Under the pieces are notes generated by a model that did no database searches, was not told where the DNA came from, and worked only from the letters and a program-made list of their open reading frames with translations. Both the position numbers and the translations under genes were made by a program. This document shows, piece by piece, positions 40,511 to 54,545 of a stretch of 64,000 bases of DNA; positions within the stretch are counted from its first letter, which is position 1, and every line of letters starts with the position of its first letter. The DNA comes from Lytechinus pictus (lineage: Eukaryota): assembly GCF_037042905.1 (NCBI RefSeq), contig NC_087245.1:40550001-40614000 (forward strand), in the 5' to 3' direction.

Positions 40511-43500
40511 TTAAGACAATATCATAACCATAGGCCTGAAAGTACAGCTATTCCACCAAACCTTCAGCAAGAAGGTACTAACTCCTAACCATTTTTAAAA
40601 GTGTGAAAATCCTTTTTGCTCCAGAGAAGTGTGGCACAAAAACCCATCTTGTTTCTTCTATATATCCCATTCCGATTCCCACAGCTAATATTCATGTGCC
40701 ATCTGTAGCACATCTAGCTTTATGGGATTGTATTGCTTTATTTGTCTACTATTTGAGCTCCAAACATCTCATAATTCTTTCACAGAGTGCAACCCGAGAT
40801 ATCAGGAAAATGTTGAAGTGAAGCAAATCATTCTTATTGTGTTTGACACCTGTATACTTGACTTGGTCTCCCGCTCAGACCCGGTGTGGCCAAAAGCTGT
40901 TAATTACCAACTATAACCTCCAATCTAGAACACATTAGTTTATTCATTCAGAGCTTCTAATCATGATTATTTACAGTGCATCATGATCTTGCTAAAATCA
41001 ATGTCAGCGCAGTCTTTCTGCTCTGCAATTAAGAACATGAGACTGCTGATGTCATTACAGGGTCTGTGTTTGAAGACTAGAGACCCATTCACATGAAATC
41101 ATGACTGCCATGATCATCACCCTTTTCTGACCCTAACCTACCCCCATGTGAGAAGCAGGACCATTCATCTTCTCTCTCTCCCCTCATCCCTTTGTCTATT
41201 TTCTCTTCAATTTGGCCCATCCTCACCAGAGAGAGGGGAAAAAGGAAAGAAAATACATGAATAGACAGGGAAAGAGAGAGGGGGGGGGGCATGAGATATA
41301 CATTTCTTATTAAGTGTATAACACCACAGGTCTCTATTTGTTTTAGAAGAGATAAAAGTAATAAAAAGAGAGAGAGGCAGGGAAAGATAGAGAGAAGGAA
41401 GGGGGGGGGGGTCAATTGATACAAAGAGAGAAAGATAGATTGGGAGAAAGGGAAAGAAACAGGGAACCAGATGATGACAGAATTGGCCTGTATGTGGAGA
41501 TACAATGTGAGAGCCAGAATGTAGAGAAACAAGACCATAACAGAGAAAAGAGAATGAGGGCTTGCTCTCCTGACCCCAGTCCCATATTTATACTGGAAAA
41601 TTGCTTGAAACATCAAATTTATGAATAATAATTCTGACCCAATATCCACCCCTGAAAACAATTGTTTATGGATTCTGGCAGACAATGACAACGATGACAG
41701 AATCATGTATTTTTTAAACCAAGGCATTTTCAACAACTGCGCCAGCACTGTGCACTGTAACGACTTGATGACTCAATGAAAATGTATGGACCTATATACT
41801 GTATTTTATTGCACTTGGGGTAAAGCTCTCTGTTTTACTTAACACTGCATGGTTTCAGATATAATTTTATAAACATCTGCAATAAAGGCAGGAATAGAGT
41901 AAAATATAAAAAAGGAAATATAAGAGAAGAAAATGACAGGAAAATGGAAGGGTGAATGATAACAAGAGGAAAAATATGAAGAAAGAGTTTTGATAGCCAA
42001 TACAGTGACCACCTACAGATGCAAACTAGTGAACAAAGGCAGATCCACTTCAACAAGCCCCTTTTAACTTGCTGAAATGACCCAAAACTTTCGCCCCTGG
42101 CTTTGACAGCTCTGGAGAGAAAGAATCCCCCCTTTTCCATTCTCCGACGAAGACATACGACAGAAGAAAATCACCCACTGTTTCTTGTTGTGGTCCCATT
42201 AATAGGAGATAATGTAATGAGGTTATAAGAGAAGATCTCCTGAATACTCCAGGGGTGGAGAGATCTATGTATGGAAATGGAATGGTATCCTTCAGTTGTA
42301 GGGCCTGCCCCTTAAAAGGGCTTTAAGTCATCAAGTGGCTCTTCCCTTTCAAAAGTGGATGTCCAGATCTTTCACAGTCCAGCGCCTCCTCAAAATAAAA
42401 AAAAACTTCACCAAAACAAGGGCTGAAGTTCTGCAAGCCTGGTACAATACGGTTTCTTGCCATTTAGGGTGAGGTGATGACTAAGAACCTTTGATCGAGT
42501 CCATAATTTGGCCAGTTACAAAACAGTTTTTCACAGAATTGAACTGTTGAAAGGCAAAACAGGATCTTTATACAGTCAAATAATATATAGACCTATAAAC
42601 AAGACTATTATGACATCATGACAACCATTTTGTAACTTTCTGCCTCATATTATGAGGACAGGATGATATGCATTTGCATACTGAAGATGAAATACTTTGA
42701 AGAGAAAGTATAGGTTACCCTTCATTCACATTTACATGTATCTCTTAATCACATGAACAATCTATGTGTACCAAATAATATGAGAATTAAATCAAAACAT
42801 AACTCTGACGATGCTTTTATATGCATCATTACATTTACAAGCAATAACATTATTTCGTCTTTATTTACTATAAAATCAAATACATGAATGTATACTTAAT
42901 ATGGTCTTAGCATACACAATATATTTGACAAAGAAATTTATATTATGTAAAAATACATTTAAAAAATGTATGGTTTTGCGAATGATTTTATGCACTCTAT
43001 TTCTTTCACTTTTTGAAGAAAAAATTACATTGTTTGAACTTATAATGTAAAGCACAGCAAATAGAAGATAGGAAGAAAGTTGGCATGCACACTTCAAATA
43101 TAGGGGATGTTTTGATTAGTAATTTTCATTTCATGCAGGGTGAGTGTTGTGGCAAAATACAAAAACAAGAATGGTTTTCATAATAATTTCAATGGGTTGA
43201 GTCTTCTGAACAAAGTCGCAAAATATTAGTACTTTTCACTATTTACTGAATAAAACTTAGTTCAATTTGATACAAGTTGCTCAGTTATATTTTATGAAAG
43301 CCTGGGTAGATCTTGGAAGATTTAGATTTCGTTTTACTTCCGATCATGGAGATGCTACAAATATATATGCACTGTCTAAAAAAAAGACATGTTTAGAATT
43401 TTTAACAGCGTTTTTAAAATGTTCACATGATGAAGCACATGAATGCATGGAGGAATTCTCCTTTTGGGGGTAAAAAAAAAGTGATTTGTATGGATATGAT

Positions 43501-44404
43501 GAAGAATGAAATGTTAGACAAACAAGTCTCAGGTCAAAGGGAACTAAGGCATGTTCCTCATCCTGCCAAAATAGAGATAAATCAGTTTATGCCCCCAAAA
43601 TATTGGGTCAGAAAATGAAAGAAAATGAGGGGGAGTGCTCGAGTCTGCACAAACGACACATTAAAAATTCAAGAATAGTGTCACTGGAGGGTTATGAAAA
43701 AGAAAAGGAATATGATTTCATGCTTTGAAAGCGAAATGAAAATGTATGACAATCTGAAAAAATGTACATATTTGGAGATGAAGAAAATGATGGAGAATAT
43801 TGGGCAGCTTCTCTATAAATTTTTGTAAGGCATTTTTTAGGAGATATGAGTTTGAAGTATTATAACAAACGAATTTCATCTCCATGAGATATACTTTTGA
43901 AGAGTAAAGACAGCATTAACACCACACGCATTGACTCTTCTGCTTTTAAATGATTCAAAGATACCTATTTTGGCAATACTTTAAAAAAGACACAAAGAAT
44001 CAAAAGGAGCAGATTGGATGTGAGAAATCCATGAAATATATGAGAAAAAGAGAGGAAAGACATTTTGATAGTAGGAAAACACTCTCAATCAAATCTATCA
44101 TGTATTTGTTCTTTCACACAAAATAAATTAATTTTTTCTTCTTTATTTTTTAAAATGAATAATTGGCTTATTATTCTTATTGGCGAAAAACATAATAAAC
44201 TGTAAGATTAAGATTCTTATATCAGGTATTAGCCAAAGAGAATGGATTTCATGAAAGCAGATACAGTGCAAATTAAATCTTTGAGAAATTGAAATGGGTG
44301 GAGTTAGGATATCACACTGGGAAGAAGAAGGGGAGGAGGAGGAGGAGGAGAAAGGGGTGGGGCATCACTCTCAAACTGGGCGGGGCATCACTCTCGTAAC
44401 TCAC

Positions 44405-44431
44405 CGTAGTTGACTGTGCTGGCTTTCACCA
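44405..44431 (-). CDS. Candidate 27-nt symmetric microexon of the RBM24-like gene
   Basis: TTATCATTTTTTATTGGTCTAAACAG | TGGTGAAAGCCAGCACAGTCAACTACG | GTGAGT. Open in phase 1 (VKASTVNY) and phase 2 (GESQHSQLR). No homology support. Confidence 0.35.
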
Positions 44432-46079
44432 CTGTTTAGACCAATAAAAAATGATAACACATTTAATATAAAAAACATCAAGTCTCATACCAAACACACA
44501 CAGATATACAAATATGTATTTAACTTCCATCTTCTTGGCTTATCTAAAAGCATTTTGTACAAAATACGGAAGCAAACTATTAAAAATATGTTATGAACAA
44601 AATAACATGCCTTTATCTTCACAAGTCATATTTCATTCCCACAAAGGTGTTCACTTATATATGATTTTTAAGAGATTATAAAATTCTATTTCAGGACCTG
44701 TTTTCATGAAACTTCTTAATGATGACAAATTAGGCAGCTTCACATAATTTGCGATTAATCTCTGTGATGTGCCTATTTGGCCAGCAAGATGGTATATACC
44801 TGCATAAAACATATACATGTAGTACATTTCTTGTGCATATACAGTAACGCCATATTCAAATATGGTAGGTTCATGTTCCATCAGAGCTTTAAAAGTAGTA
44901 CTGACTGTGACTTGTCATTGAAAATGTGTCTTATCATTTATGACACAGGACTGAACATTTAATACAATTTAGACAACATGAACGTGAATGGTCATTCAAT
45001 GGTTACTTCTGAAGATAGCAGATGTGAAGTTATCACTCAAGAAGGAAAAATGAACACATCACGCCTGTCAACTAATGTACACGAAAACTGATTAGGTACT
45101 TTGAAGTGTATATTGATAATGTTTGAAAATGTTTGCACTGTTATCTGAAGGAAACACATTTGATGATTCAAAATCTATTATCAGAATCAATTGTTATGAT
45201 AACATATGGAGGGAATGCAGAGATATAGGGATGGAGAGAGAGAGAGGGGGAGCGAAGGGGGGGGGGTGTTCAACATCATACAGCATATCAAATATGAGAG
45301 AAAGTACACTATACTGTATGTTAACAAAAATCTAAGAGTGCCTGAAACCTGTTCTCCCGTTAACGAAGCATGGGAAATTTCATAGCTGACCTAATTTAGC
45401 CTCGAATGTATCCCCTGAAAAAAAAATTATCATAAAACCCAAAGATAGGGCACGTTTGGAGTCAATGTAAAAATTGACAACTGACATGCATTACACGCAT
45501 AAATCAGAAATACGAACTGAAGCTGTTGATAGAACGAGAAATCGATCAACATCAGGGAAAGGGGATATGAACTTGACATAATTATGTCTAATAAATCTGC
45601 AGGGGGCAAGAGAGATTAGATTGCTTCAAAAGGATCAACAAGGGGTCTCTCTGTTCACAGTACCTAATTGGTATCTAATAAACCTCGTATGATATCAAGT
45701 ATACAAAGGCATAGAAAGACTGTCCAATTTATATAGCCAAAGACGTGAGGGGCTGAATGAGACGGCGTCGCAGGATTAGCAAAGACCATTTGATTGGCGT
45801 GGATTCAAAGGTATTTTGGACTTTTTGTCAAGGAAGGGTATTCAAAATAAATTAGTCGATGTGATGGTACAGAAAGTATGAGGGTCTGATTGGGTCAGTG
45901 ATTTTTTTTTCTAACAGGAAAATGACTGATTTTAACAGAGCAGACAGGGATCTTTTTCTCAACCCAAGTAAAAGAACACAACTTTATTAGAAAATTAATT
46001 TCCAGTTAAGACTTTCCAGTTTACATAAGCATTCCTGCATCGTAAGTCAGTGCTAAGCACTATATTAGCAGTATTGTTA

Positions 46080-46388
46080 TTAAGATTATAACGTTGATAT
46101 AATATTGTGTTTAGATTTTTGAAGTTGGATTATGTTCTTAATTATTAGGATTCTTTTAATTTACTCACATAATTATCGACCCGTTGTATTTAAGTTGTAT
46201 ATTTACCGATTAAATCTATATTTATATGTATAATTAATTTTCGTAATGATGTTTTCACTTTCAGTTTCTTTGTTGTTCTTTTACTGAGATATCTTGCAGG
46301 TGTATATTCTTCTCTTTCTTAGCACTTTGAAACGTCCGTATAAAGCCCTCTAAAAATTTTGTATATTATTCATTTTATTATAATATTG
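46080..46388 (+). mobile_element. Eroded L2-type LINE/SINE 3' tail
   Basis: AGCACTTTGAAACGTCCGTATAAAGCCCTCTAAAAATTTTGTATATTATT..TTATTATAATATT resembles L2-family 3' termini. Confidence 0.4.
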
Positions 46389-49300
46389 ATCAGAGTTTTA
46401 CTCATACAAGTATAAAACCTGCTATCTCTTCATTACCTTTAAGGCAGTATGGTGACTCATAAACAAAAAGCTTTTTTTAAATGAGGCCACATGACGGCAA
46501 ACTATACAGACGGGACTATCTATGTCAGGTATCAGCAAGTTTGTAATACACTGGCAACAAAAATAGCCCACCAAGAGCTTGCTATCTGGTCCTGACAACA
46601 GATTCCCCTCATACCAGAAGAATTAGCCTAGCACCGGCCCTGATCCCCGAACAAACCAAAATACGAAAAGGGGACAGCGAGAGCGACATGTACGAAGCAA
46701 AGTCTTGGCTGTTGTCTGTGAACGATGATTTCATTGACCTCTGTACTGAGTTACGTTGTACAAGAATCCTTCTACGCCTAACAATGCACAATGCTGTGCT
46801 AATGATATATTTTCTATCTGAAGTTCATATTATATGATACAGGACAGAATTGATTATGAGTATTACCAAAGTAATATGCTGTCTTCAAACTAAATCTTCA
46901 AAATGAAACAATCTGATAGTAATAAGTAAATCATACATGTATGTAACTGATAATTATTCATAAAGAAATGGACACGGAGCAACATACATGTATATTAGCT
47001 TTATCACTGACTATGAATATTTCAAAAGGGTCACCTTTCACTATTAAAAACAAGAAAATGAAATACACTATACCAGAGAGAACCAATGTCAGTGCATTTC
47101 CAAGCTTGAATCCTGAAATACTTTTCATGATGATAACTTTATTTTAGGGTTCATATTTTATTCAACCAAACTCCCTAAATGCTGAAGAGAAAGAAAAAAA
47201 GCACCTTAACAGCTGGAAAAACTTATAATACCGAGGTGTCCTCCGAAGCGACAGGTAAAATATCTTGATTCCTGCTTATTCGCATGAAATTCAAACACTT
47301 TCTACGAAAAAAAGAAAAGTTTGACCTAGTTGCAAAAGTGCAAAGCGGCACATCCCATAAATGTATCTGTACGAATCAAAGACGGCACTGCGGAATTAAT
47401 CCTTTTCTTTCATTTCTTTCATTCCCCACCTATTCTTCTCTTATCATTGCATGATTCCTTCGTCTTTCAACAACAATGACATTGATATCTATTGAAATCT
47501 CCCTGTCCTTAGATGCTTTTCTCCTCTTAAAGTGGTTTGATATCTCCCTCACTTTTTCTCTCCCGTGGTCTCGCTCCAACCAGGGATGGGAATTAGCCTT
47601 TTGTGTCTGCAGTATTTTGTTTTTTTCACCCCGGCTCTCCTGGTCGGGGATAACAAAATACTCCGCGGCCCCACCCTTTCGGGATGACGTAAGCTCGCCA
47701 TGTACGCTTGCACGTAGACCACTGGTTGAATGGGAATCTCCATGCGGGCGACACGGGGAGTAAAGACACATATTTCTGCATCATAACTTTTTCCTCCAAT
47801 ACAACACTGGGATTTGGGGTAAAATGTCCTCTTTTGCTCGCTTGTCAGAGACAGAGAGCTAGATGCATGGATGATAAATACCATTGGCAGATCGGAGTAC
47901 TTATTTGTCTCCTATCCACACTCTAGATTTGATCTTGATATGACCTTGGGAGGGAACCCTTAATGAACTAATTCAAGAGGTCAAGTGCACGTAGGAGATG
48001 ACAATGGAATATGAAGCCTACCCAAGGGACCCGCTGGGAAGTAATTAGATGAATTCGTACATATGAGGATTTTTGTTATTTCAGTTCTGCAGCTATGTCG
48101 ACCTTTCCAAGTGGACAGAAGATAAGCAAGAACACCATTGTGGGTATTTCTGATAGGATTAAGAAGTAAATCATCTGTTTAATGAATCTATTGCTAAAGG
48201 GCGGGTGTGATACAAGGAGGAAACAAATTCTGAAAATGAAAGCATCACACCTCGGACACGCACGACCCGAAATGACAGTTCATGAGAAGTTTAGAAACAC
48301 AGGAACATTTCTCGAGGGAGTCCGCAAAAATGACAGATCGCAGATGACATGATGCACAAGAGCCTGTTTATTATATCCAAAATATGTCTGGATTTATTTT
48401 CCGATGTGAAAGGGGTCACATTTAGGGCTAACCTCCAGGGAGGAGGGAGCACACTTGAATGTTGGCGATGACATACCCTCCAGAGAATCACATTCAATCC
48501 TTTGGCCCTTTCATCAATAACAATTGCTAACATGAAATGTACATGTCCTATTGTATGACTTGAGGTCTTTGCGGGGAAGGGCTAGATGGGAGGGGGGGGG
48601 GGGCACAGACGATCAAGGACCTCGTAGAGGTGAAATATTCCAAAGAAATTTGATAACATTTTTGGAGAAATGCATAGCATCTTTTATTCCATATTTCTGA
48701 GAAAATATTCAATTGGGAACTTAGGAAACCTTCAAGGGTTCAAATCAGGTGATTGCTATTAAAAACCAAGCCTAGTTGATGCAAAATTTTGTTCTTAAAA
48801 AAATCTTGATTATGAATTCATCAATCCTGCAGATAAATCCTTATCGCATATTAACTGAATACAGGTAAACTTGCAATGACCTTCCACAAGTCAAATATTC
48901 ATCAAGTTGAAGCAACTTTCGTAAACCAGATATTAAAGTCTAATTCTCCAAAATTTTCCAAAGTTATACAGATTTATGGGTCCTGAATGCAGATGATTAC
49001 ACCAAGGCAAAGATACCTGTAGAGCTATTGGATACATGCAATAAACAAGAGTCGATATTAAAGACTTTATTTCGTGAGTGAGCGAGCTGCATAACGGCAT
49101 TGCACATCACAGGATCTTTAGCCTAGAGGGAAGCCAGTCTAGCAGGTATACATTAGGTTGAGGGAATTGCTTCTAAAGGAGCTAGAGAAAGGTACAAGTA
49201 CCGATACAAATTCCTTCAACACCCAGATCTCTTCTATCCCCAAACTCAGCCCTGCCCTAATACGCTACCCAATACCTTTGTAGGGGATGCGCTACGAAGA

Positions 49301-52300
49301 ATGACATGAAGTTCAAAAACATGACATTGAACTAGTTTTCCATTATCTTCATACAGAGTCTCGTCTCATCACGTACAAAGAAGAAATGACATGAGTATTT
49401 ATGATGGACAAATAGGTTTCAATCAAAGGCAATGATGCGTCTGTCTGACATCAAAGAACTTTAATGGATGAATTTACTATACAGTGTAGACACTATTCAG
49501 ATTTTTATAGGGATTACAAATGACACGCTACGGATTAATTCAACCCCAAAAAATAAAATGAAATAAGTTAACAAAATAAGCACAAAACTAAAACAAAAAC
49601 AAAATAATAAGAATGACAACAAAATAAAATGAATAAATGTTAACAAATGAAATGAAAAAAAAAACTTAATCCGTAATACTACAACAACACCTGAGAGCTG
49701 AAATAGGCTAATCTCAGAAAAGTACTAAAAAATAAACTGAATTTTATAAAAAAATCATGAACAATCAATAATGTGATTAGGAAAGTAACTGATAGATGGT
49801 ACTATTGAAAACTGTCTTGAATCAACGAAAAAGATTCATTTTGACATGATTTAAGTAATTTCATTTGTATAAGAGATATATTTAAAATTGTGTTTCTTAT
49901 CGATTTTAGAAATAGCATACAAATGAAATAAATATCCAACTTTAATCATACCAGGAGTAAAACACCAAGGATTCAAACTTTGACATTCACTCACAAGAAT
50001 GCATACATGTATCGAATATGTGTAGAGTACAGACCACGTTTGTACATGTACACATGTGCTGCACATGTTAGTATACTACTGTATTAAAATGAAAACTGAA
50101 ATAACATGTGCAAGTCTGCAAATTAGTTGATCCAGCTTTTACAACTCTTGTAATCTTATATAGCAATGTGTTTTTCAACAGATAATCAATAAAGATGTAA
50201 AGTTCAATGGGATATTACCTCTGAAATCATGTCTAATCCCAAATAAAATGAGTCCAAAGGTTCCAACTGAAGTGATACTTGAAGGCCATTAATCGGGAAA
50301 ATTCACACAAAAGGTGTTTTTACCATCGTGATAAGACAATCTATAGCTGACGATATCTTGTATTGGATCATGAATGTGTGTCTTTCCATGTTTAGGCAAG
50401 GTTGAGGTTGCATTAGGGCTATGTAAAATGAAACTTGAAATCAAATTGGGAACAAAACAATTTTTATTAAGTTTCATTCATTGAAGAAAAAAAACACAAT
50501 ATGCAGTCTGTGTAAAAGGTGAGAATCAGAACCAACATAAAAACGTTCCACATTTTCACCAAAGTCTGTGCAGTTCCAGTCAAAAACCTGCATTACCCTA
50601 AAATATTAACCTACAACATTATAGACATTTTGTGTAGCACCTACCACACACACAAAAAAATGCATCCAAAATTGTGAAGTTCTACCAGAAAGATTGTGGT
50701 TCTCTGATGGGTGAGGGCCTGGGGGGACCTTTTTTTTGTACTGCATGCATGAATCCATCCTTCAGGATGCTCATTGCACTTGCACGCATCCAGAATGAAG
50801 TAATATTTGGAAGAGATAGATTTGAAAGACAGATGAAGCGAAGTGGTGATTAGTGATTATCTCGACTAGATGTTGATGTAGTGTAAACCAAATGTTGAGA
50901 GCCTCAGTATTTGTGACAGTGTGATTAGTCTATCAGCCCAGACCCTTACCAGACACGTGAATGCAAACATCTTGAGATGAACCTGGCCTCTATCGTGTCT
51001 GAAGAATTATGATATGAAGCACTATGTAGTAAACCTATGCTGTCAACGTACATTATAGTCTCATATATCACAAATGTTCTTAAATTTAGTAACAAGGATT
51101 GCTATTATTGAAGAGTTTAATGGGAAAATATCTAGATGAGATAAATGACCATCTTAAAAAAGAGAACTATATCATCAAATACCCAAGATTCCTGATTTGG
51201 AGCCCCCCCCCCAAAAAAAAGAGAAGATATCAAAGACTGAATTAACATCATGTCTACTGATGCTATATGATGCTTTTTGGGCACCATCAACCATACCTTG
51301 TTCTTAACAGACCAAACTACATGAAAGTCATCTGGAAGTCTAAGCTTCCTCGAATTTAAAAGTGCAACTTGATTTTCACCAAGAAAGAAGGATCTAAAAT
51401 AGAAGAGCTTCAATTGAATTTTAGCATTTATCGCTGTTGGCGTTTGAGGGTAAGCTACGTAAAAGTTTCATTACCATGGCCCCCCCCCCTGCTCAGAGTG
51501 ATGGCATAACCATAAAGTACAGACTGAAAGATATTCTGGCCTTCATCACACACTACACAGGCAGCGGTCAATAGTATCCGACTTCTATAAGAAAAAAACA
51601 ACAACCCCACATTAGCCTAGTTCCTCCTCCGAGTACGGACAAAAAAAAAATATAAGTCAAATGCTTGTTTGATTGCCATTTATGACTTGTGTCTGCAAAT
51701 TGATTCAATGGAATTGAATCACAAATAGATGGTGTTATCTCCCCCAATAATCTACCACATAAACCGAGCATTTGACCACAGGACTGCCAGAGCCCTTTGG
51801 TTGCCGGGCATGCTTCGGTTGGTCCCAATGGATGTCTCGTTCAAGGAGGTACATTTTGATACAATGATATTGCCACTGCGTATTGTTCGAAGGCATTGTG
51901 ATTGTTGGTAAATATTGAAAAACTGACCATTTTCTGATTCAATGGTCGTCTACAGTGCATGTCTAATAGGGTAAAGACTGAAAATGGGATTTGTCTATAG
52001 ACGAGGGATGCTTCTGCATGCTTACACGAGTTAAATGCATCGATTTAAAGACCTTGGTTAATATTACAGAGGGAAAATCTTGAACTTTGACATATGTTGC
52101 ATTATATAGAGTTCATGTGAATAAAAAAATCACCCAGGAAGAAAAACATACACATCTGTGCAGACACTTTTCAAATGTCTGTGACTGAAAAAAAAAAATC
52201 ATATTTTCATATCTCTGCTGGGGATAATACATGTACATGTAGCGTGTGGAATCAAATGGGAAGGTATTTCCAGTTATTTGTATATTTTCTTCTTTGCTTT

Positions 52301-54344
52301 TTTTTAATTACTAAATAATGATAGTGTCATATTTTTTCAGGGCTTCATTTCTACTTAATATTACAAGAGAGATAAAAAGTGAGACCATACAGCTCAGATT
52401 TAAAAAAAAGTCAAACCAATTTTAACCAAAGCCTTTAACACCCGGATAGGGTTAGATGAGCAACTAGGGCAGCCGTGTAAGAAGGGAGGGGTTCAAAACA
52501 ACATACTGGTGCTACAGTTTTTATGGAGGTCGACGGCAAGACCAACAGACTACAGAGGCTCAGTGTACCACAACACTATATTACATGGCTGATTGAAGGG
52601 GATGGGGAGAAATAGGTGATCAGTCGCGGTTCATCGGCTATAACGAAGAAGTTCATTTAGTGGTGCTGGGCGATCATGCCCCGACACGGTCTCACACGGA
52701 GCCATGCCGTTGTATGGGTCTGAGGAGGTCCCATCGAGGGGGTCCCCGAAGCCCCCTTTCAGTAGAAGAAAGGGGTACAATGTACCACCCCAAGACCATA
52801 GGACATGAATTGTACATGACAATGACACTTATTACTCTATCTATCCAGTTTGAGGATCCTACATTTGTAACTATGAATAGGATGATTTCGAAAGGGATCT
52901 CCACTCTCAAGTCATTTTGTTCTCTTACAATTTAAAGGAAGAGGTCAGCATGTACTTCTCGATTCTAGGTCATAAAAATTACCTCTTTCTCCAATTGAAA
53001 AGTCCCATTATTGAGTTTATTGTCCGAAATTTGTACTTTTAATATGTTCCATCCTCAAATTTGATTTTGTGGTATCACCAACAAATTACAAATAAATTGT
53101 TTGAGGCTATAATCTGTCTTTATGCCATAGAAGTTGAGCCACATTCCCACACTTCAAAAATCCATTATTTTCATGACCAAAAGGAACGGTTAAAATGTGT
53201 ATGATTTCAGAGCCGAAATATAATCTGCAATATATGAATGGAATGGAAATAATGTAAGTGCCATTATTTCCTGATTCAAGAAATAATTTTTACTTATGCT
53301 GATTTAAAAAAGAAAATATATCCTGTAATTATGGATCGTGAACCCCCCTCTCTTAAAAAGGCTTTACGTGAATACATGCTTCCTTAATTTTCTTTGAGGG
53401 GGGGGGGGGTGAAAATGCATTCATGTAATGAATGGAACTACACAAATAGTGGGCAATCAAATAAATTGGACTAGACATATATCAACACAATTCATATCAC
53501 CATCACTTATTCTTTTACATTGTAAGACGATAAAGATCTTGGTTATTTATCAATTGTCGTTGGATCCCCACAGGGTTTGGTCATTGTCACTAAGCCCTAA
53601 TTGTCGCCTCTTTCTATACAGCTATTAAATAGCTATCACGAAAATGAAACATCAATTTGATTCTTTGAGATTAAGATCTCTGCCTAAATAATACTGGTTT
53701 TAATTCGAGCTCAACTTCGGTTTCCCTTCCCCTTCGCATCACCGAAGAAGACAGCCTACATCACAAACCTCATTATTCTACAATGCTATCAGAATTCCCC
53801 TCATAAATATTTCAATAGGTGATCCTAACCTTGAGATAATCGGGATCATCGTAGGAAAGATAGCATCATAAAATTGATCAGTGGTATCGTTGTCCTCTCT
53901 GTCAAATATCTACAAATGACTTAATTAATTTTCAATTTCCAATTTAGTTGATAGGCTGCTATTGTGTGCATATTCCTAACCCTATATGGTAGGGTATATG
54001 ATAGATTGCGTGACAAATTGGAAAACATTTAAAGGTTAAAAAAGCAGTCAGTCTCCTGCTCCATTGTTGGCAGTCTATGGCTTTAATTCATGCAGGTTTC
54101 ATCGCTCGATCATACAGCTTGCTATCAAACGAATGAACGCCAGCCAGTGGCAGAAATTCAATGATTTATGATCGGAGGGAAAGAGATGTCTCTATTGAAT
54201 AGGAGGGATAGGAGATGGTGGGAATTGATGGCATCATTCTAAAGAATAACAGATGATGGACAGCAATACCAGGTAAAACGTAAGGAAGCATCAACTTGTG
54301 ATATATATTCTCAATTGAACAGATAGATCTACTACTGTATTTTG

Positions 54345-54545
54345 GTAGACAGCGAGAGCATTTTTTTTTGTAGGACAGCATTTTTCAATAGAGGATAGCA
54401 TTTTTACTGTTGGATAGCATTTCTTATTGGTGGATAGCATATTTTATTGGTGGATTATAGCATAATATTGTTGGCAGATTTTTTTCATCTGTGGATAATA
54501 TATTTGTTTTAGGATAGCATTTTAATTAGTAGATTATAGCATTTA
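54345..54545 (+). repeat. Degenerate ~23-bp minisatellite (GGATAGCATTTT core), about 8-9 units
   Basis: Recurrent GGATAGCAT / GGACAGCAT / GATTATAGCAT units. Confidence 0.75.

Noticed and set aside
41089..41748. 219-aa ORF
   Set aside because: Built from GA/CT-rich low-complexity DNA; no domain or codon bias.
50940..51005. 49-nt exon candidate (TTCTTCAG..GTAAGG, minus)
   Set aside because: Phase fits, but the peptide (TIEARFISRCLHSRV) is unlike the family and nothing else supports it.
54345..54545. CRISPR-like spaced repeat
   Set aside because: Units are short, degenerate and contiguous with similar spacers; eukaryotic context and no cas genes.
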